Shown: positions 45,381 to 54,870, counted from the first letter of the stretch. The stretch: DNA of 64,000 nucleotides from Nitratireductor sp. (GCA_020441665.1 JAGRLT010000073.1:33254-97253); one strand, 5' to 3'. Notes: generated by a model not told the origin, from the sequence alone. Numbers and translations are program-made.

Positions 45381-48300
45381 ATGTACGCTGTCATCAACCG
45401 CCCCTTCCGCTTCCGCTTTCTGTTCTGCACGCTGCTGGTCCTCTATCTCGCCTTCAATTTCTGGACCACGTCGCGCTATCCCTCGCTCAACGACAAGGCG
45501 GTGATGAGCGGCGCGATCCAGCTTGAGGACCCGCTCTCCTTCGAGGCCCATTACGAGGTCAAGCCGGAATATCCCGTCTGGAAGAAGATCGGCCTCACCA
45601 CGCTCAACTGGATCGACACCAATCGCCAGGGCATGACCTTCGGCGTCCTGTTCGGTGCCAGCCTGCTGACCCTGCTCGGCTATCTCCGGCGACACAGCTT
45701 CAAGGGCCGCTTTGCCAACACCCTGGCCGGTCTCGGCATCGGCGCGCCGCTCGGCGTCTGCGTCAATTGCGCCGCCCCCATCGCCAAGGCTTTCTATACC
45801 GGCGGCGCGCGCGTCGAGACGACGCTGGCGGCGATGATCGCCTCGCCGACGCTCAACGTCGTCGTCCTCACCATGCTTTTCTCACTGCTGCCCTTCTATA
45901 TGGCGGTAACCAAGATCGCGCTTTCCTTCCTGGTCATTCTCGGTGCCGTGCCGCTGATTTCCATGGTGCTCCCCAAGGCGCAGCTCCAGGTGCCGGAAGC
46001 CGAGCGCGACGCTTCCGCCCTGCCCCAGCCCATGGCCGCCGGCATTGACGAGACCTTCCCGCAGGCGGTCTACCGCTTCGCCCATGACTTCATGATGTGC
46101 CTGTGGTTCATCATCTCGCGCACCGTGCCGCTCATGCTGGTCGCGGGCTTTCTCGGCGCCGTGGTGGCGACCCTGCTGCCGGCGAACCTGCTCGACAACG
46201 CGTCGTTCAACGTGGCTGCGGTGTTCGCGACCGCCGTGGTCGGCACCTTCCTGCCGGTGCCCATCGGCTTTGACGTGGTGACCTCCGGCGCCATGCTCAG
46301 CGCCGGCCTGCAGCCGGCCTATGTGATGACCCTGCTCTTCACCCTCGGCATCTTCTCGATCTATTCCTATTTCGTCGTTGCCGGCGCGATCTCGCTGCGC
46401 GCCGCCTCGCTGCTCGCCTGCGTCATCGTCGTGCTCGGCACGATCGCCGGCATCGCCATTCACTTCTACGAGCGCAACAGCACCAGGCGGGCGCTTGAAA
46501 TCCTCACCAGCTTCGAGTTCTCCCTGGTCACTTCCGCCCATGCGACGGGGATCGGCGAGAGCTTCTATGACGGCGTGATCGACGGCAACCACATCCGCAT
46601 CGTCGGCAACCCGCTCGGCGAACCGGCCTCGGCCGGCCAGGCCGACAACGGAAAGGCGTTCACCCGCGTCGAGGCCTGGAAGCTTGGCCTCGACCAGCCG
46701 ATCGAATTCTCCTTCGCCTATATGTGGCCGCCCTTCTGGGAGGGCCGGTCGATCGCCTCGGGCGACTATGACGGCGACGGCGATATCGACATCATCACCG
46801 CCTCGACCCGCAAGGGCCTCTACCTCTACGACAATGACGGCAAGGGAAAGTTCAGCCGCAATGCCCAGGATGTCGGCCGTTTTGCCGGCATGCCGGTCTT
46901 CAACGCCGCCCTTGCCGATTTCGACAATGACGGCTGGCTCGACCTGTTCATCACCACCTACCAGCAGGGCAACTACATCGCCTACAACCGCAACGGCCGG
47001 TTCGATTTCGCCAACCCGCTCACCGTCGCCAATCGCGGCGACGCCGTTCTGACGCTGGCGACGGCGATCGCCGACATGGACCAGGACGGCTATCTCGACA
47101 TCGTGCTCGGCAACTGGGCCGCCGGCTGGTATCGCCGCATTCCCGGCGAGGAATCGCGCAACCGCATCGTCTTCAACGAGAACGGCCGGCCCGATGGCGG
47201 CAAGTATTCCGATCTTCCCGGCATGCCGGGCGAGACGCTGAGCGTGCTCGCCTCCGACATTGACGGCGACCGCATTCCCGACCTCTTCGTCGCCAACGAT
47301 TTCGAGCAGCCGGACATGTTCTATTTCGGCAAGGGCGGCGGCACGCTGGAAGCGGTGACCCGCCAGTCGGGCCGCATTCCCTTCACCACCAACACCACGA
47401 TGAGCATCAAGTCCGCCGATCTCCACAATGACGGCAGCAAGGACGTCTATCTCGCCCAGATCGCCGGCCGCTCCTCCGGCGTCTCCAAGCGGCTGCGGCT
47501 TCAGTCCCTGACCAAATATTGCGACGGCATCGAACGCGCCGAGGACCTCGCCACCTGCCGCAGGAACATGGACATCAAGACCTGGTACAAGTCCGGCAAC
47601 AACTTCAACCCGGACTACGCCGGCAAGTGCCTGGAACTCGAAGGCAGCGACCGCGACGAGTGCAAGGCGATGCTGATCAAGGATCTGGCGATCCAGAATT
47701 CCGACCCCGATATCTGCAAGCTGATCCCCGCCACCCAGCCGCTTCCAAGGCAGTATTGCGACATCCATTTCAAGCCGTCCCGCCAGGCGACGGCGGAGGA
47801 AATGGACGCCGCGATCCCCCAGATCCAGCAGCGCAACGTGCTGCTTTCCATCGCCGATGACGGCACGTTCGCCGAGCGCGCGGTGGAAGAGCATCTCGAA
47901 ATCGGCGGCTGGAGCTGGGACGTCAAGATCGCCGATTTCGACGAGGATGGCTGGCAGGACGTCTACGTCGTCAACGGCACCTGGGTGCCCAACGAGGTCT
48001 CGCCCTCCAACATCTTCCTGCACAACACCGCCGGAGGCCGTTTCGCCGAAGAGACCGAGGCCGCCGGCCTGACCGACTATCTGATCACCGCCGCCGCCAC
48101 CCAGGCCGACATCGATGGCGACGGCGATCTCGACATCATCACCGTGCCGGTCAACGGCCCGCTGATCGCCTTCATCAACAATGACAAGACCAATGGCGCG
48201 GTGACCTTCGCCTTTGACGACCAGAAGGCAAACCGGTTCGGCGTCGGCACCAATCTCGCGATCACCACCGCCGGCGAGACGCCGCTGACACTGCGGCGCG

Positions 48301-48476
48301 AAATCCAGACCGGTGGCGGCTTCATGTCGTTCGACGCGCCGGTCGCCCATTTCGGCATCGGCACATCTCCGGAGGTTTCCGGCCTTTCGATCGGCTGGTC
48401 CGACGGCAGCATGACGGACATCCCCGTCAGCCTGCCGGCCAATTATCGATACCGGATCAGCCGGCTGAGCGAATGA
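45381..48476 (+). CDS. Fusion protein: N-terminal polytopic permease (ArsP/DUF318-like, CxxC) and C-terminal FG-GAP/VCBS repeats plus an ASPIC/UnbV domain (CRTAC1-like), 1031 aa
   Basis: About 360 aa of TM helices with LGVCVNCAAPIA. These are followed by repeated DxDxDG calcium-loop motifs (GDYDGDGDIDII, ADFDNDGWLDLF, ADMDQDGYLDIV, SDIDGDRIPDLF, ADFDEDGWQDVY, ADIDGDGDLDII) and a C-terminal GGGFMSFDAPVAHFGIG UnbV-type block. Confidence 0.8.
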   Translation: MYAVINRPFRFRFLFCTLLVLYLAFNFWTTSRYPSLNDKAVMSGAIQLEDPLSFEAHYEVKPEYPVWKKIGLTTLNWIDTNRQGMTFGVLFGASLLTLLGYLRRHSFKGRFANTLAGLGIGAPLGVCVNCAAPIAKAFYTGGARVETTLAAMIASPTLNVVVLTMLFSLLPFYMAVTKIALSFLVILGAVPLISMVLPKAQLQVPEAERDASALPQPMAAGIDETFPQAVYRFAHDFMMCLWFIISRTVPLMLVAGFLGAVVATLLPANLLDNASFNVAAVFATAVVGTFLPVPIGFDVVTSGAMLSAGLQPAYVMTLLFTLGIFSIYSYFVVAGAISLRAASLLACVIVVLGTIAGIAIHFYERNSTRRALEILTSFEFSLVTSAHATGIGESFYDGVIDGNHIRIVGNPLGEPASAGQADNGKAFTRVEAWKLGLDQPIEFSFAYMWPPFWEGRSIASGDYDGDGDIDIITASTRKGLYLYDNDGKGKFSRNAQDVGRFAGMPVFNAALADFDNDGWLDLFITTYQQGNYIAYNRNGRFDFANPLTVANRGDAVLTLATAIADMDQDGYLDIVLGNWAAGWYRRIPGEESRNRIVFNENGRPDGGKYSDLPGMPGETLSVLASDIDGDRIPDLFVANDFEQPDMFYFGKGGGTLEAVTRQSGRIPFTTNTTMSIKSADLHNDGSKDVYLAQIAGRSSGVSKRLRLQSLTKYCDGIERAEDLATCRRNMDIKTWYKSGNNFNPDYAGKCLELEGSDRDECKAMLIKDLAIQNSDPDICKLIPATQPLPRQYCDIHFKPSRQATAEEMDAAIPQIQQRNVLLSIADDGTFAERAVEEHLEIGGWSWDVKIADFDEDGWQDVYVVNGTWVPNEVSPSNIFLHNTAGGRFAEETEAAGLTDYLITAAATQADIDGDGDLDIITVPVNGPLIAFINNDKTNGAVTFAFDDQKANRFGVGTNLAITTAGETPLTLRREIQTGGGFMSFDAPVAHFGIGTSPEVSGLSIGWSDGSMTDIPVSLPANYRYRISRLSE

Positions 48477-48579
48477 GCGCGCGGCATGCGGCCGGCGGCC
48501 TCCCCCGCCCGATCCAATGCCAAACCGGATGCAAAGCCCCGAGCCGGCCCCTGCCCTGTCCCGTTATGAAGGTTTGAAG

Positions 48580-50133
48580 ATGCACCACCGGTTCCTGATC
48601 GCCTCCCTTGCCGCCCTGCTGGCGTTTACGCCCGCATGCTTTGCCCAGGAGACCCCGAACGGCACCGCCGCGCCGGAAGCGGCCGCCGCGACCCAGCCGA
48701 CCATGCAGAATGCCGAGGCAGCCTTCCGCGACGGCGATCTTGCCAAAGCGCGCGAAATCCTCGAGCAGCTGGCGCCCGCCGGCGATGCGCTGACCCACTT
48801 TCGCCTTGGCCGCATGTATGCGACGGGCGAAGGCGGACCGGTCGACCTCGACAAGGCCGCCGACTGGCTCCAGAAAGCCATCGACGGCGGCAATAGCGAT
48901 GCATCGGTCCTGCTCGCCCGCATCCGCATGAACTCTGCCCGCTCCGACGAGGATTTCACCGAAGTGGCCAAGCTGCTGCTGCCCGCCGCCGAAGCGGGCA
49001 ATGCCGAGGCGCAATTTTATGTCGGCCAGCTTTATCGCTCCGGCCGTGGCCTGGAAAAGAACCTCGACGCGGCCTTCGCCTGGATGAGTTCGGCCTCCCG
49101 TGCCGATTTTTCCGCCGCAACCTACGACCTGGCCAGCATGTACGACCTTGGCGAAGGCACGGCGGCAAACCCGGACAAGGCGCGCGAACTGCTCGACAAG
49201 GCCGCCGAGGAAGGCCTGCCCCAGGCCCGCATCAAGCTTGCCCGGGAATTTGCCATCGGCGAGGTGCGCGAGAAGGATCTCGCCAGGGCCATCGAATGGT
49301 ATGAGAAGCAGGCCCTCGCCGGCACCGCGCTGGCGCAGCGCGAACTGGCCCAGCTCTACCTGCGCGAAGAGGCTTTGCCGGACCGGTTCGAAAAGGCGGC
49401 CAAATGGCTGAGACAGGCCGCAGATCAGGGCGATGCCGTATCCCGCAACAATCTCGCCTATCTTTATGCCACCGGCCAGGGGGTCGAAGAGGATTTGGCG
49501 CAGGCCCGCGAACTCTATCTGAAGGCCGCCTCCGCCGGCTATATCCGTTCGCAACTGGCGGTTGGCGAAATCTACCAGAAGGGCCTCGGCGTCGAGCCGG
49601 ATCTGACCGAGGCGGCCTACTGGTATCAGGCGGCCGCCGAGACCGGCGACGAGACCGCCATGGAACAGCTCGCCGCCATCGCCATGACCTCCGATGAGGC
49701 CGCCGGTAATGTGCGGCAAGCCGAACGCTGGGTCGGCCAGCGCGCGGGCAAGGGAGATGCCGAAGCCCTCGCCTGGCTCGAGGCGCGCGCCGGCGGCAAT
49801 CCCGAGGCAGCCTTCCGGCTGGCCGAGGTGCTGCTCGCGCCGGAAGCCGGCGAACCTGCGCACACCCGCGCGGTCGACCTCCTGGGCGGCGCCGCGCAGA
49901 CCGGGCTGCCCGGGGCGCAAACCCGCCTGGCAAGCCTGTATGCCACCGGCGAAACCGTCGCCCAGGACTATGTCCAGGCCTACAAATGGGCCAATCTCGC
50001 CAGCGGCGACGGCGATGAGAACGCCGCGAAACTGCGCGACACCGTCGCCAAGCTGATGACCGCGGAACAGATCGCCGAGGCGCAGCGCCAGGTTCGCGCC
50101 TATCTGGCCGGCGAGACCGGCGGAGCCCAATGA
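48580..50133 (+). CDS. Secreted Sel1-repeat (SLR/TPR-like) protein, 517 aa
   Basis: Signal peptide MHHRFLIASLAALLAFTPACFAQ, then many A-x-W-(L/Y)-x-K/Q-A-A-x-x-G units (for example AADWLQKAIDGGN, AIEWYEKQALAG, AAKWLRQAADQGD). Confidence 0.85.
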   Translation: MHHRFLIASLAALLAFTPACFAQETPNGTAAPEAAAATQPTMQNAEAAFRDGDLAKAREILEQLAPAGDALTHFRLGRMYATGEGGPVDLDKAADWLQKAIDGGNSDASVLLARIRMNSARSDEDFTEVAKLLLPAAEAGNAEAQFYVGQLYRSGRGLEKNLDAAFAWMSSASRADFSAATYDLASMYDLGEGTAANPDKARELLDKAAEEGLPQARIKLAREFAIGEVREKDLARAIEWYEKQALAGTALAQRELAQLYLREEALPDRFEKAAKWLRQAADQGDAVSRNNLAYLYATGQGVEEDLAQARELYLKAASAGYIRSQLAVGEIYQKGLGVEPDLTEAAYWYQAAAETGDETAMEQLAAIAMTSDEAAGNVRQAERWVGQRAGKGDAEALAWLEARAGGNPEAAFRLAEVLLAPEAGEPAHTRAVDLLGGAAQTGLPGAQTRLASLYATGETVAQDYVQAYKWANLASGDGDENAAKLRDTVAKLMTAEQIAEAQRQVRAYLAGETGGAQ

Positions 50134-51455
50134 TCCGCAGGGCCGGCGCCCCCGTTCTGCTTCAGGCCGGCCTGGTTCTTGCTGGCCTGATCCTCGCCGA
50201 CAGGATCGCCGCCACATGCCCGGTCGGATTCCGGCTGCCTTCCCTCTTCGCCACCATCGCCCTTGCCCAACAGGAAAAAGCCCAACAGGAACAAGTCCAG
50301 CAAGCCGCGGCCGGTGGCACATATCTCGATCTGCTGCCGCCAGCCATGGCGCCGCTGGCGGAGGGCGCCAGGCGCGGCCAGCCGCAGGCCGCGTTCGACG
50401 TCGCCGAACGGTTCCTCAGGGGAACCGGCATCCAGCAGAACTTCCCCGCCGCCGCGCACTGGTTCCAGATCGCCGCCGCGGCCGGCCATCCCGGCGCTCA
50501 CAACGCCCTTGGCCGCCTGTATTCGGAGGGCCTGGGCGTCGAGCGCGATCCGGTCAAGGCGCGCTCCCATCTAACCATCGCCGCCGACAGCGGCGATCCG
50601 GCCTTTATCTTCGACCTTGCCCGCTTCCACGAGCTTGCCTTTGCCGAGACCGGCAAGGCGGAGGACGCCACCGCCGCGCGCGACCTCTACGCCCTTGCCG
50701 CCGACAAGGGCCATGTCGAGGCCATGGCCAATCTCGGCCAGCTTTATCTCGCCGGCATCGCCGTCGAAAAGGACATCGCCAAGGCGCGGCACTATCTTGA
50801 AAAGGCCGTCGAGGCCGGCAATGCCAAGGCGCAGAACAATCTCGGCCTGATCTATGTTCGCGGCGACGGTGTCGAGCGCAACTACGACCGCGCCGCGGAA
50901 CTGTTTCAGCTGGCGGCCCAGCAGGGCCTGCCGACCGCCATACGCAATCTTGGCGTCATGTATGAGAACGGTTTCGGCGTGAAACAGGACGACGCGATCG
51001 CCACCGAACTCTACAAGCAGGGCGCGCGCACCGGCGGCAGCAGCATTGCCAGCCTGATCGCCGAGGTCTCCTTCTTCTACGACCCCAGGCTCAAGGCCAT
51101 GCAGCAGATCAGGACCGATCCGGCCGGACTGCAGCTTGCCGCCAGCCATGGCGACCCGATCGCGACCTTCCTTCTCGCCGCGATAGTTTCTTCCCCTGAG
51201 GGCGGCGGCGATCTTAAGGAAGGCACCCGTCTGATGCGCAGGGCGGCCGATATGGGCATGCCGGCGGCGATGGCCAATCTCGGCATCCTCTATCTGCGTG
51301 GCCAGGGCGTGCCGCAGGATTACGTGCTCGGCTATGTCTGGCTCGCCCGCGCGGTCGCCGCCGGCCTCGATGATGCCATCGAACTGCGCGACGCGCTGGC
51401 AAGCCGGCTGTCGCCGGAGCAGATCGCCGAGGCGCAGACATTGGCTGCCAAATAG
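50130..51455 (+). CDS. Sel1-repeat protein, 441 aa
   Basis: Its ATG overlaps the stop of the upstream Sel1 gene (ATGA). Hydrophobic N-terminus and repeated AAHWFQIAAAAGH / ARHYLEKAVEAGN units. Confidence 0.85.
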   Translation: MIRRAGAPVLLQAGLVLAGLILADRIAATCPVGFRLPSLFATIALAQQEKAQQEQVQQAAAGGTYLDLLPPAMAPLAEGARRGQPQAAFDVAERFLRGTGIQQNFPAAAHWFQIAAAAGHPGAHNALGRLYSEGLGVERDPVKARSHLTIAADSGDPAFIFDLARFHELAFAETGKAEDATAARDLYALAADKGHVEAMANLGQLYLAGIAVEKDIAKARHYLEKAVEAGNAKAQNNLGLIYVRGDGVERNYDRAAELFQLAAQQGLPTAIRNLGVMYENGFGVKQDDAIATELYKQGARTGGSSIASLIAEVSFFYDPRLKAMQQIRTDPAGLQLAASHGDPIATFLLAAIVSSPEGGGDLKEGTRLMRRAADMGMPAAMANLGILYLRGQGVPQDYVLGYVWLARAVAAGLDDAIELRDALASRLSPEQIAEAQTLAAK

Positions 51456-51473
51456 CGCCCGGAGCGATCGGCG

Positions 51474-52850
51474 CTACGCCTTTGCGAACAGGCTGCGCCA
51501 GAACGATGCCGGACGCTCCGCAACCGTTTCCGCCTCGTGCTTGAGAGCAAGATTGTTCTGTTCATCGGGATCGCCCGGACGATCGAACATCCAGGATACA
51601 TCGCCGCGTTCATTCAACACCGTTTTGAATGCCTGCGTGACGATCATCGTATCGTTCCTGAAAGCACTGTGGGCATAGGGGCGATGATGATCCCGCTCGC
51701 CGCGAACAAGCGGCATAACGGACAGCCCGTTGCCGGGAAAGGAAAGATCGCCACCCGCGGCTTCCGCCAGCGTCGGCCCGACATCCATCAATTCGATGAT
51801 CGCGTCCTGCCGGCCGCGCACGCGAGCCGCGTCCTGCGATCGGGCCGGCTTTATCACCAGAGGAATGCGAACCGCCGGATCGAGAAAGACCTGTTTGCGC
51901 AGCAGGCCGAAATCGCCATTCAGCTCGCCATGGTCGGAGGTGAGCACGATCATCGTTTCCTCATAAACCCCCTTTGCCTTCAGCACCGCGATGAGCTCCG
52001 CGATCTGATCGTCGATCAGGGTAACCGAACCGGCATAGTTGGCGCGCAGGCGGCCAATCATGTCATCGGTGAGGCCGGGATTGTGTTCATTGGGTTCGTT
52101 GATCAGCGTATCCATATGCGAATGCACCGCCGAACGCCAATTGTCCGGCCGGCGGATGGCGGGCTTCATCTTCGCCGGATCGTACAGGCTCGCATAGGGT
52201 TCGGGGGCATCGTAGGGTTCATGCGGGCCTGGAAAACTCACATGGCAGAAAAACGGCTGCTTCGACTCATAGGTTTCCAGAAATTGCTTCGCCCGCTGCG
52301 CCACGAAGACATCGTAATAGTGATCGACGCCCAGCGGCGAAGGGCGAACCATGTGCGGAACGGTTTCGAACCGCTCCTTGAAGTCGGCGCGATAGCTGTC
52401 CCACAGGCCGGCTTCGCGCCAGGTTCGGGTCAATTCGCAGTCACGAATGGCGAGTTCGCGCGGACCGCCACACTCATTTGCCGTATCGAAACCCAACTCC
52501 GCGAGCCAGGGCTGATAGTCGCTCATATTGCCCCGGGTGACGTGCAGATGGGTCTTGCCGAACAGGCTGGTATGATAACCCGCCGCGCGAATGGCCTGCA
52601 GCCAGTTCGGGCGCGCGACATCGGCCGTATAGGGCTGGTTGAACGTGATGCCGCTTTGATGCGGATAAAGGCCGGTGATAAGCGACGCCCTTGCCGGGAT
52701 GCATTCGGGAGCGTTGGTAAAACAGTTGGATGACCACAACCCTTCCCTGGCCAGAGAAGCAATCGCCGGGGTCTTGACATCGGCAGCCTCGGGCTCGACA
52801 CAATCCGCCCGGAGCTGATCGCACATGATGAAAAGAATATTGGGGGCCAT
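51474..52850 (-). CDS. Cys-type sulfatase (formylglycine-dependent family) without a signal peptide, 458 aa
   Basis: NILFIMCDQLRAD N-terminus and sulfatase signature CIPARASLITG (C-x-P-x-R...TG). The protein starts directly at the conserved core. Confidence 0.88.
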   Translation of the reverse strand: MAPNILFIMCDQLRADCVEPEAADVKTPAIASLAREGLWSSNCFTNAPECIPARASLITGLYPHQSGITFNQPYTADVARPNWLQAIRAAGYHTSLFGKTHLHVTRGNMSDYQPWLAELGFDTANECGGPRELAIRDCELTRTWREAGLWDSYRADFKERFETVPHMVRPSPLGVDHYYDVFVAQRAKQFLETYESKQPFFCHVSFPGPHEPYDAPEPYASLYDPAKMKPAIRRPDNWRSAVHSHMDTLINEPNEHNPGLTDDMIGRLRANYAGSVTLIDDQIAELIAVLKAKGVYEETMIVLTSDHGELNGDFGLLRKQVFLDPAVRIPLVIKPARSQDAARVRGRQDAIIELMDVGPTLAEAAGGDLSFPGNGLSVMPLVRGERDHHRPYAHSAFRNDTMIVTQAFKTVLNERGDVSWMFDRPGDPDEQNNLALKHEAETVAERPASFWRSLFAKA

Positions 52851-52979
52851 TGTCCTTTTGCCTGTTCGCGCTAGCTTCCCGCAATCATTGACCCTTGGCG
52901 GCCAAGTCGGGCAACATCAAAGCTTACTTGCTTCAAAGATTTCCCGGGTCAAGGCCCGCCAGTCGAAAGTCCGCCCGAC

Positions 52980-54005
52980 ATGCCAGCCGGCGCCAAATTG
53001 CCCGCATCGGATGCCCAAGCCATCTCGCCCCTGCCCATCGCTATCGGCGGGCTCGGCGGCAGCGGTACGCGCGTTCTGGCAAGCCTCGTGCGCGAGCTTC
53101 GCGTCGATATCGGTTCCTTTCTCAACAACTCGCTCGACAATCTCTGGTTTACCTTTCTTCTGATGCATCCCGACTGGCATTTTCCGGCAAAATCGCCCGA
53201 GCGGATTTCCATGGCGCTGGATCTGTTCATCCGCGCGATGACGACAGGTCTTGAAGGCACGCTGTCCGTGGCCGAGGAGACGCTCCTCTCGCACCTGGAG
53301 AACAAGACCGGTCCCACTTTTCACGGCTTCCCCACGGCTGACGTAGCATGCTCCCTGCGCGCTTCGAAAGGCCCCGAGCCGGGCGCATTTGCCGGCTGGG
53401 GCTGGAAGGAACCCAACACCCACTACATCGTCGAGCAACTCGCCAATGCCGACGGGCGTTTCGTCTATGTCCATGTCATCCGAAACGGGCTGGACATCGC
53501 CTTCAGCGGCAATCGCAATCAGCTTAGAAACTGGGGCCCGCTGTTCGCCCTGAACGTCGACGAAGCCACGCTTCAGGAGCCCCGGCTTGCCCTCGATTTC
53601 TGGCTGATGGCCAATGCCCGCACGATCGGCATCGCTGCGAGGCGCTTCGGCCAGCGCTTTGTCCTGATGGATTACTACGATCTCTGCACCAATCCCTACA
53701 ACGCCGTTGTTCAGATCGCCAGGGCCGCGAACCTGCCGATTCCGAAAAAGCTTTCCGTCAACGGCTCGGCCAGTCCGATCAAGGTCAGAACCGATCAGAT
53801 GGAAATCCACGCCTCCCAGTTCTCGGCGCAAAGCCTGGCCCGATTGGAAGACCTTGGCTATGTCAACGCAACGGAATCATCCGGCCGGCTCGTGACCCTG
53901 CCCGAACGATGCGACGCGTCCGCCCGGCTCGATGCCTGGCTGAAGCTGGCGGAGGCTACCGCGTACCGACCAGGCCCCTCACCCACTGTGCAAGAACCCG
54001 GATAG
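52980..54005 (+). CDS. Sulfotransferase-family protein, 341 aa
   Basis: PAPS 5'-phosphosulfate-binding loop-like GGLGGSGTRVLASL and a 3'-phosphate-binding motif VIRNGLDIAFS (R-x3-D-x3-S). Confidence 0.65.
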   Translation: MPAGAKLPASDAQAISPLPIAIGGLGGSGTRVLASLVRELRVDIGSFLNNSLDNLWFTFLLMHPDWHFPAKSPERISMALDLFIRAMTTGLEGTLSVAEETLLSHLENKTGPTFHGFPTADVACSLRASKGPEPGAFAGWGWKEPNTHYIVEQLANADGRFVYVHVIRNGLDIAFSGNRNQLRNWGPLFALNVDEATLQEPRLALDFWLMANARTIGIAARRFGQRFVLMDYYDLCTNPYNAVVQIARAANLPIPKKLSVNGSASPIKVRTDQMEIHASQFSAQSLARLEDLGYVNATESSGRLVTLPERCDASARLDAWLKLAEATAYRPGPSPTVQEPG

Positions 54006-54870
54006 CGTTGTTCTTCGGCGGCTCGTCATAGCCGAATTCATGAAAAGCGCTGCCTGCCGTCGCAATGATATCCGCTTCCTGCTCGTGGGTAAGCTGCGAT
54101 TTCCACTTTTCCATCGACCGTAGATCGACCGGCCGCGAACGCCTGGTGTTGCCGGGTCCGAAGCCGACATAGACCTCTTCGTGATGGGTCAGATAGTAGT
54201 GCTCCGCAATCCCGGCATGCTCGGCGATCTTCCGGCAATAGGCCGCCTTGTCCGCCACCATGTCCTCATACCGGAACATGAAGGTCGGCAATCCCTGCTC
54301 GAGGAAGCGCCGGTACATCGTGGACTTGATGCGCCAGAAAATCGTCCGCTTGACATGCTTGGGGACCAGGGGGTCTTCCAGCATCGCAACCTCGCCGGCG
54401 AACAAGGCATGGATATCGGGACGCGCGCGGATAAGTCTGACCTGCTTCTCAACCATCGGAATGCTGTCGAGAACGGCCATCGAGGCAACGACCGGCCGTG
54501 GATCGCGCACCGGAAAGACGATGGTAACGGGGATGTCGAACCCCGCCAGGGCCTTGAAATCATAAGTCAGATTGGGCGCTTTCAAGACCGCGTAACGGAC
54601 GGCCGCCGAAAACGGCCGTTCGCCGTCGGCGCCTCCCCGCAACCGTCTGTGATCGGGTTGATATTTCTCATCCGCCGCGACGATGAGCTTGTTCCACAAC
54701 CGCTGCGCCTCGCCGTCGCCCGACACATAGGCGTCGAACCACGGATAGAGGCCATCGGGTTCATCAATCAGAAAAGCATTGGGGTGCGCGCCGAGTATCT
54801 GGCCCGTAAGCGTGGTACCGCTGCGCTGGCAGCCGGCAACGACGATCAATTTTTCAAACTGTTCCAGCAT
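53956..54870 (-). CDS. Sulfotransferase-family protein, 304 aa
   Basis: VVAGCQRSGTTLTGQIL (5'-PSB loop) and FPVRDPRPVVAS (3'-PB). The start ATG at 54870 overlaps the stop of the upstream GT gene (a GTG at 54873 is also possible). Confidence 0.75.
   Translation of the reverse strand: MLEQFEKLIVVAGCQRSGTTLTGQILGAHPNAFLIDEPDGLYPWFDAYVSGDGEAQRLWNKLIVAADEKYQPDHRRLRGGADGERPFSAAVRYAVLKAPNLTYDFKALAGFDIPVTIVFPVRDPRPVVASMAVLDSIPMVEKQVRLIRARPDIHALFAGEVAMLEDPLVPKHVKRTIFWRIKSTMYRRFLEQGLPTFMFRYEDMVADKAAYCRKIAEHAGIAEHYYLTHHEEVYVGFGPGNTRRSRPVDLRSMEKWKSQLTHEQEADIIATAGSAFHEFGYDEPPKNNAIRVLAQWVRGLVGTR

Noticed and set aside
45882-50322. Long minus-strand ORFs (822 aa at 45882..48350 and 621 aa at 48457..50322) opposite the permease-ASPIC and Sel1 genes
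   Set aside because: They are low-complexity Gly/Arg/Ala/Asp-rich translations. The plus-strand partners have clear TM, FG-GAP and Sel1 repeat signatures, signal peptides and sensible gene spacing.
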